DNA of 64,000 nt from Macrostomum lignano (taxonomy: Eukaryota). Shown here one piece after another: positions 57,501-64,000 of the stretch. Both the position numbers and the translations under genes were made by a program. Numbering within the stretch: the stretch's first letter is position 1; each line of letters begins with the position of its first letter. The stretch lies in contig NIVC01002372.1 of the NCBI GenBank assembly GCA_002269645.1, positions 1 to 64,000 of the forward strand. The letters run 5' to 3'. Under the pieces are notes generated by a model that did no database searches, was not told the origin of the DNA, and saw only the letters and a list, made by a program, of their open reading frames with translations.

Positions 57501-60500
57501 GGCGGCGCTCAGCGGGCCGGCGGCCGCGCCTTCGGTCGAGGTGGTGGCAGAGGACGCAGCGGCAGCAGCAGTCGCCGCCGCACCAGCAGTGGCAGCAGCT
57601 ACAGCTACAGCAGCAGCAGTAGTTACAGTTACAGCAGCAGCAGTGTCTCAAGCGGAGGCAACACTGTGACGGAGCACAACTTCTCCGGCTGGCGTCGCAA
57701 CTATCTGGACGATCATAATTATTGTCGCAATCCTGACAGAGACCGAAAGCCATGGTGCTGGCTTAACAAGAAGAACGGTTTGTACGGCTATTGCAACATT
57801 CGAAAGTGCAACGCAACCCGACCTACGTCAGCTCCGCCTGCTAGCAACTTGCCGAATGCATCGTTTGATAGTCCCATGTGCAATCGGCCCGACAAGTTCT
57901 TTTGTCCTAGCATGATCAACTACAGGCCTACGTGAGCCATCATGCAGCTCAGAGTACAAGCTCTTCCATCTTAGGGCCGTGCAGCTCTAGGGCTCCGGGG
58001 CTGTTCCAATCCAGGGCTGTTCCACTCCAGGGCTGTTCCAATCCAGGGCTGTTCCACTCCAGGGCTGTTCCAATCCAAGAGTGTTTTACTCCTGGGCTAG
58101 TGCTGCCAAAGAATTTTCCTATCTTTTTTAACTTTCCAATTCCAGGTGCGTTCGTCGCATAGACGTCTGTGATGGCTACAAAGACTGCATCGGCGGCGAA
58201 GACGAGAGCCCGTCTTTCTGTCGGTCCTGTAAGTTCTTCTTACTGACTTTTTTACCATCGCCTTAAGTCAAGATAGCCTTTCAAAAGTTTCTTATAACCA
58301 TCAATGAAAGTTCAAGTACCCCTGTAATATTTTCAGATATGTGCTCACCGGAGGAATTCTACTGCAGTCAATCGCACAGGTACTGCCGCATCGTTACGAG
58401 ATTCACTTTTTCAAGATATTAAACTAACAAACTTTTTTATAATCAAAACTATCAGGTGCATTCCGACTGGAAGAGTCTGCGATGGTATACCTGACTGCGA
58501 ACTCAGAGACGACGAGCGCCCTGAGGCTTGTGAAACTTATCGGCCTGATTATAGTGAGTCAATTTTTTGCCAAATGCTAAAGTAAATGGGAGGGTAACCG
58601 AGGGTGCTGGAGTGAGGTGGTTGCTACAGTGAAGCGGTTTCTGGAGTGAGTCGGTTGCTGGAGTGAGGTGGTTTCTGGAGTGAGTCGGTTGCTGGAGTGA
58701 GTCGGTTGCTGGAGTAAGGTGGTTTCTAGGTGAGGCGGTTGCTGGAATGAGTCGGTTGCTGGAGTGAGGTGGTTTCTGGAGTGAGTCGATTGCTGGAGTG
58801 AGGTGATTTCTGGGTGAGGTGGTTGCTGGAGTGAGTCGGTTGCTGGAGTAAGGTGGTTTCTAGGTGAGGCGGTTGCTGGAATGAGTCGGTTGCTGGAGTG
58901 AGGTGGTTTCTGGAGTGAGTCGATTGCTGGAGTGAGGTGGTTTCTGGAGTGAGTCGGTTGCTGGAGTGAGGTGGTTGCTAGAGTGAGGTAGTCTCTGAAG
59001 TGAGTCGGTTGCTGGAGTAAGTCGGTTGCTGCAGTGAGTGAGATTGTTTCTGGAGCAAGGTGGTTGCTGGGTTGTATTGGAGGAAATCCGATGCTTTTCA
59101 AATATCTTGTGCTTATTAACAAAATTTAAAATTTAGACAGCACCGAAACGTCTGTGGATTTACCCGGCTACCAAAAGACGGAAAACATCGCCGAGCCTGA
59201 ACTTCCCTTGTCAACAAATTTAGTTATTTACTTGTCATTGACCCTAATGGAGGTGAGATTTTAAATATCCAAGCTCTATTAGAAAAATAACGATTCATAA
59301 AATTCATTAATAACATTTACTATACTGTTAACACTCCAGTGCAAAGCTCGTTGCGACAGATCGGGTCGAGCCGCGGTGACTCGTTGCGCAGGATTCATTT
59401 TTACTCAGCAAGGAATTTTCAACGCCAGCGAATGCAGCCTACTGACCGAAAGGCTGACCGAAGTCACCATTGGCGAGGCAACATCTCTGACCTACTACGA
59501 AAAGGAGCAGAGTAAGTAAAGAAAGTTGGTTAGTACGCTTGTGTGGGCGGCTCAAAACAAGCCCTGCCTTCTTACTACTGCTTACGATACTAACACTGTT
59601 GTCATTTTGGAGATCTCTGGTTGGTGTTGCCTGTACATCTGGAGTACGTGAACGTCACCCATTTTTCTGACTGAACCCTCCAATCACAATATACTAAATC
59701 TCTAAGATCTTCATTACTTATCTCAGTAATTACTGCAGCTTGATGGGTACACGATGCCTTTGAACGAGGGTTCGGGGTGGGGAAGTCATGCAATTTATAC
59801 TTTATACCCACCCTAGCTCAAATCTAGCCTACAATAACTCATGGATACAGAGCAGGATTTCATGAAAACGTGTGTGTGCCCCTTTTTATCAGTTTTTTTT
59901 CTTTTCCTTAAACCTCCTTTTATAGAGCTAACCATAGATAATAAAAACACTAGATGGGTCACTCGCCTATTTCATGAATAAGCTACTTTCAATTGGGCGT
60001 CTGTATAGAGTTTTTTGGATATATTTGTGCACCAAGTAAAATTTTAATATTATATTTAGATTATGATGTAGACAAAAAAGTTTTGACATTTCTGACCCTC
60101 ATTTTTCAATCATTAAAGTTTATTACCGACGGAAAATGAAAAAAAATTTAACAAAAATGTTACAAAAATTTAACAGAAGAGAGTAGGCTATTCAGACATC
60201 GAGCGAATTTGCATTAAGTGACCCATCTAGTGTTTTAGTATCTGTGGAGCTAACTTACAACTTACAACTAGTTCAATCCAAAAACTTATTGCAGTGCTCC
60301 GCATTGCCCTCTCATTGCTAGTCAATTGTTACTGGCAATCAAAAGACGGTGTTTTTATTTGTTGATAATCTAAAAAAAACTCGCACCACTAAAACAAGGG
60401 TCCCTTTATTCGCAGTTCCAACTTTAATATTTGTTTAAAAATGAAGTTTTTATTTTCAATAAAACTTTAGCCTGCGACCCTACTACTCAGTACAGTTGCC

Positions 60501-63500
60501 AAAACGGCAACTGCGTCAGTAACCGCCTAAAGTGCAACGGTTTCGACGATTGTGGCGACTTCTCCGATGAAGTCGAACCGACTTCTTGCGAAAGTGAGTT
60601 CATCTCGTTTTTTGTGCGTTGGGAAGAATTCTGTTTCTTAAACTGCAGTTTACATTTTTACTATTACCTACATACGAGTATATACATAGAAGATAATAAA
60701 TTTTCTTCAAGGGCCCCGACCCACATTCAGCGTCAGACTAAGCGGTGGCAAGGGTCCATATGAAGGTCGACTTGAAGTGAAACTGTTCAAAGAGAGGGGT
60801 TTAGTCTGCGACGATGGCCTCGATGCTAGCCTGGGGGAATTGGTCTGCCGGAACTTGGGATACAGGTGCGTTGATGCTACTGCCATTGTTTTCTGGGTGA
60901 TAAAACTATATAATATACATATTTGCCCATTTGAATTAATTGCAGACAACCCTAAAAGGCCATAAAATTATTCAATTCTAATGTACCTAACAACACACTT
61001 CAATCTGCTTTTACACCCTCTAATCTGCTATAACCACTCCAATCTGCTAAAACCAACTCTAATCTGCTATAACCCCTCTAATCTGTTATAACCCCCTCAA
61101 ATCTACCATAACCCTCTCCAATCTACCGTAGCCCACTCCGTATCTACATACTTCATTCTCGAGTCAACACCAATCAATACGAACTAGATAATAAACATTG
61201 CATAGACCATCAGAAATTTTATCACATATAACTTTCAGCCAAGGCTTCGAACGGCTTGTATTCAATGCCAAGCGAGAATTCAGTCAGGGTTCAGGACAGT
61301 TCCTGATGAACTCGGTCGATTGCTCGGGCATCAATGACACTGATGCCAGTCTGTACGACTGTCAGCATGCCGGATGGAAACAAGGCAGCTGTTCGATCAA
61401 TAACATTGCTGGTCTTGTCTGCAGAAGACAGAGGGGTGAGTTTTTAGAATATGAGAATGAGACAAATGTACGTACTGAAGTTGCAAGACCCAGTGCCATC
61501 ATCTAGCGGCTTGAATGTACCTTTTTAGATAGTGATTGTGCATTAATAATTAGATGACGAGGCATTTGGCTAGCTAAAATGCACAGGGTAATTAAACTTA
61601 CATAACGTAAATTTTCAAATTTTCGCTCCGCACGTTCGAATTCAGCCTGCACTAGCAAGGAGTTTCGCTGCGTCGATCGTTGCGTACCGCTGTCGGCCAT
61701 GTGCAACGGAATTTCTGACTGTCCGGACATGTCTGATGAGATGACCTGCGGCAATATGAGTGAGTACATATATAAATCTAGTAACTGCGTTTACGTAATG
61801 AAAAAACCAGCCTCACGTTTTAGTATTTTATTTTACTCGCAGCCCTTCAGCTCAGAGGTGTCAACAACAGCCTAACCGAGAGCGCCGGTTTCCTCGAAGT
61901 TATCCGCGGCAACATCTCCGGCACAATTTGCGACGATCAGTTCGGCGAGAGAGAGTTACAGGTTGCTTGCAGGCATTTGGGATTTGCGCGCGGAGGAGGA
62001 AGAATCGTGTCGCAGGGTACCTACGAGGTAGTGTAGTTATTGTGAAGGGGACAATATTAAGGTTATGTATCGAAATTTCACCTTTGGTGCCAGAAAATTC
62101 ACATGTCTTACCTGATATTTTACATGTACGTACCTGTCTCACCTGACATTTTTCTTATCATATCTGACATTTTACCTGTCTCACCTGCCATTTTGTCCCA
62201 TCTGACATTTTACCTGTTTAATCTGACATTTTACCTGTTTCACCTGCCATTTTACCTGTCTCATCTGAAATTTCACCTGTCGCACCTGACATTTTACATG
62301 TCTCATCTGACATTTCACCGGACTCACCTGACATTTTCCTGTCCCATCTGACATTTTACCTGTTTAATCTGACATTTTACCTGTTTCACCTGCCATTTTA
62401 CCTGTCTCATCTGAATTTCACCTGTCGCACCTGACATTTTACATGTCTCATCTGACATTTCACCTGACTCACCTGCAATTTTACCCGTCTGTTCAGAAAT
62501 TTTACCTGTCTTACCTTACATTTTACCTGTCTCACCTGATATTTTACTTCTCTCATGTGTCATTTAATTTGTCTCATCTGTCATTTTATGTCTAATATGA
62601 TACGAGCGTATTTCACCCGCAACATGCGATCCGTAGGTACCACGCGATTTAGTCATGTGGGTCCACGACATCGCGTGCAACGGTTCAGAGAGCAACTTGT
62701 TTGACTGCAACATCGCCAGCTGGGGTAACAGTCACTGCGATGTCAGCGAGGCTGTGGCTATTCAGTGCGGCCTTCCAGACACCACAACGCAGCAGCCAAC
62801 CACAACGGCTGCGCCGACTACAACTCAACGAATAACGACGAAACCACCGCCGGGAGCTACTACGACTACTAGTGAGTAGAGTTTTACGAATACTATTAGA
62901 ACTTTCTTGATTTTTTAACTATCGCAGCAAAGCGTACAAAATTCGTTAAATAATTTCAGTCGGACCAACGACCAGCAGTTTGCCTGGCTGCGGCAAACGA
63001 TTTGGCCGATTCCCAATGGGTCGAATTATCAACGGTTACAAAGCAATCAGCGGCCAGTTTCCCTGGCAGGTGGGCATCCGGCTTCGACTGTCCAGCACGC
63101 AGCATCAGCAGTGGTGCGGCGGCACCATCATTAGCGACAGGTGGATTGTTAGCGCGGCGCACTGCCTTCGAGGAGTGAGTTGAACTTGTTTATTCGATTT
63201 GAGGCTTTGATAAGTTTAAGGAATTCTTGCCGGCATGCATGTACTTCAGAATCTTAGGCTACCTCAGATGCCTCCTTTCAGCACCTCAATGCCTCCGAAC
63301 TTCAGGCTACACCTGTTTCATTTTAGTACCATCTCAAAAGCCCAGTAACCTTCAGGCTACTGTTGGCACGGAAGTTAATGTAAATTTTGAGGACGCAGAT
63401 CGGGTTTAGCATTTAGGTAGCGCAAACAGTCTCAAGACTCAAGGCACTAGTTTCAATGGAATCAATGCACAATACACTTATTTGCATTGTTAACTGGGGC

Positions 63501-64000
63501 CTTAGTCCAGTGGTCCAGCGCGGCGCTCTGATGTGCCAGCGGCCCAGACTCGATTCCAAGTGCATTCACATTAATTTGAGGCTAAATTAGAATCTCGGTT
63601 TGGCTCTGCTCATGCAATTAACGCCTTTTGAGGGCCAACCCCCATATGGCACAGTAAAGTGTACATGCCCAACGATTTATAAAGTCCGGTGTGCTTGTGC
63701 ATATGACTGCGTACGTATCCTCGCGCTTGTGCCTGCTCAGGGAGTCATTCAGTGGATTGGGCAGTAATGCCTCTCGTCGGTTGTGTGACAATGTCGTTTA
63801 AAGTGTGTCAGGGTGCACACACAGCCCCTGCCTCTAACTATAAACTGCATTGGTACAAATGACCCTGCAGACACCCGAAGTCCAGCTACATGCTTCGTAT
63901 TGGTGACGTTGACAACTCGATGCGCGAGAAAAACGAGCGCGAAATGAATGTCGACTTGTTGATCAAGCATCCAGGCTACACAGGAAATCCAGAGTTCGAT
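54559..64000 (+). CDS. svh-1/Tequila-like: Secreted multidomain serine protease, SVH-1/Tequila family: signal peptide, SRCR, C-type lectin, Kringle, LDLa x2, PAN, LDLa, SRCR, LDLa, SRCR, Thr-rich linker, trypsin (truncated by window end)
   Basis: Exons 54559-54640, 54795-55443, 56200-56387, 56469-56645, 56731-56886, 56959-57190, 57365-57931, 58146-58228, 58337-58379, 58456-58553, 59137-59252, 59340-59511, 60471-60593, 60712-60865, 61239-61435, 61646-61759, 61843-62027, 62637-62871, 62960-63174 and ~63881-64000. Phases are compatible through exon 19. Motifs EGRVEVFYNGQWGLVCDD, WWDNVSC, HNYCRNPD..KPWC, CDGYKDC..GEDE, R-IINGYKAISGQFPWQV and SAAHC. Confidence 0.9.
55455..55770 (-). mobile_element. 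tRNA-derived SINE, copy 2, with CORE/Meta-like central domain
   Basis: Minus strand: A-box-like tagtttaggggttagagc, B-box ggttcgattcc, then cccttgagcaagacacttaactct...cacccagctgtaaaatgggtgcc; homologous to 29638-29935. Confidence 0.8.
57985..58075. repeat. 16-bp repeat (ccagggctgttcca(a/c)t) in a protease intron
   Basis: About 5-6 tandem copies. Confidence 0.85.
58606..59070. repeat. 17-bp minisatellite (ggagtgagtcggttgct / ggagtgaggtggtttct) in a protease intron
   Basis: Directly visible tandem copies. Confidence 0.9.
59933..60246. mobile_element. P-element-like MITE in a protease intron
   Basis: ~30-bp TIRs catagataataaaaacactagatgggtcact / agtgacccatctagtgttttagtatctgtg; perfect 8-bp TSD gagctaac. 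Confidence 0.85.
60995..61140. repeat. ~19-20-bp degenerate repeat (aatctgctataaccactc) in a protease intron
   Basis: About 7 degenerate copies. Confidence 0.75.
62105..62580. repeat. 21-bp minisatellite (ttttacctgtctcacctgaca) in a protease intron
   Basis: Tandem copies with an internal higher-order duplication. Confidence 0.9.

Overview
Eukaryotic (metazoan) genomic DNA with GC-rich spliced exons, AT-rich spacers and minisatellite-filled introns. The style suggests a free-living flatworm such as Macrostomum; this is inference and was not verified. Genes, left to right: the 3' end of a protein built of 46-aa repeats (1-1309); CPPED1 (10536-12932); an intronless MATH-like/BTB gene (minus strand) head-to-head with an RRM/coiled-coil gene; SRRD/SRR1; a bacterial-type CX3C amidase-signature enzyme; an intronless NHL-repeat protein; a GT10 fucosyltransferase pseudogene; and a 20+ exon secreted protease with SRCR-CTL-Kringle-LDLa-PAN-SRCR-trypsin architecture (SVH-1/Tequila family) that runs off the right edge. 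Mobile DNA includes a Crypton tyrosine-recombinase element head-to-tail with a diverged second copy, hAT, Harbinger, Mutator-like, P-like and CMC/EnSpm-like non-autonomous elements, CRE/LINE/Gypsy fragments, two tRNA-derived SINEs, a probable solo LTR and a 4.9-kb inverted duplication. Several single-base frameshifts fall in homopolymers and may be long-read errors. All family calls come from motif recognition by eye; no searches were run.
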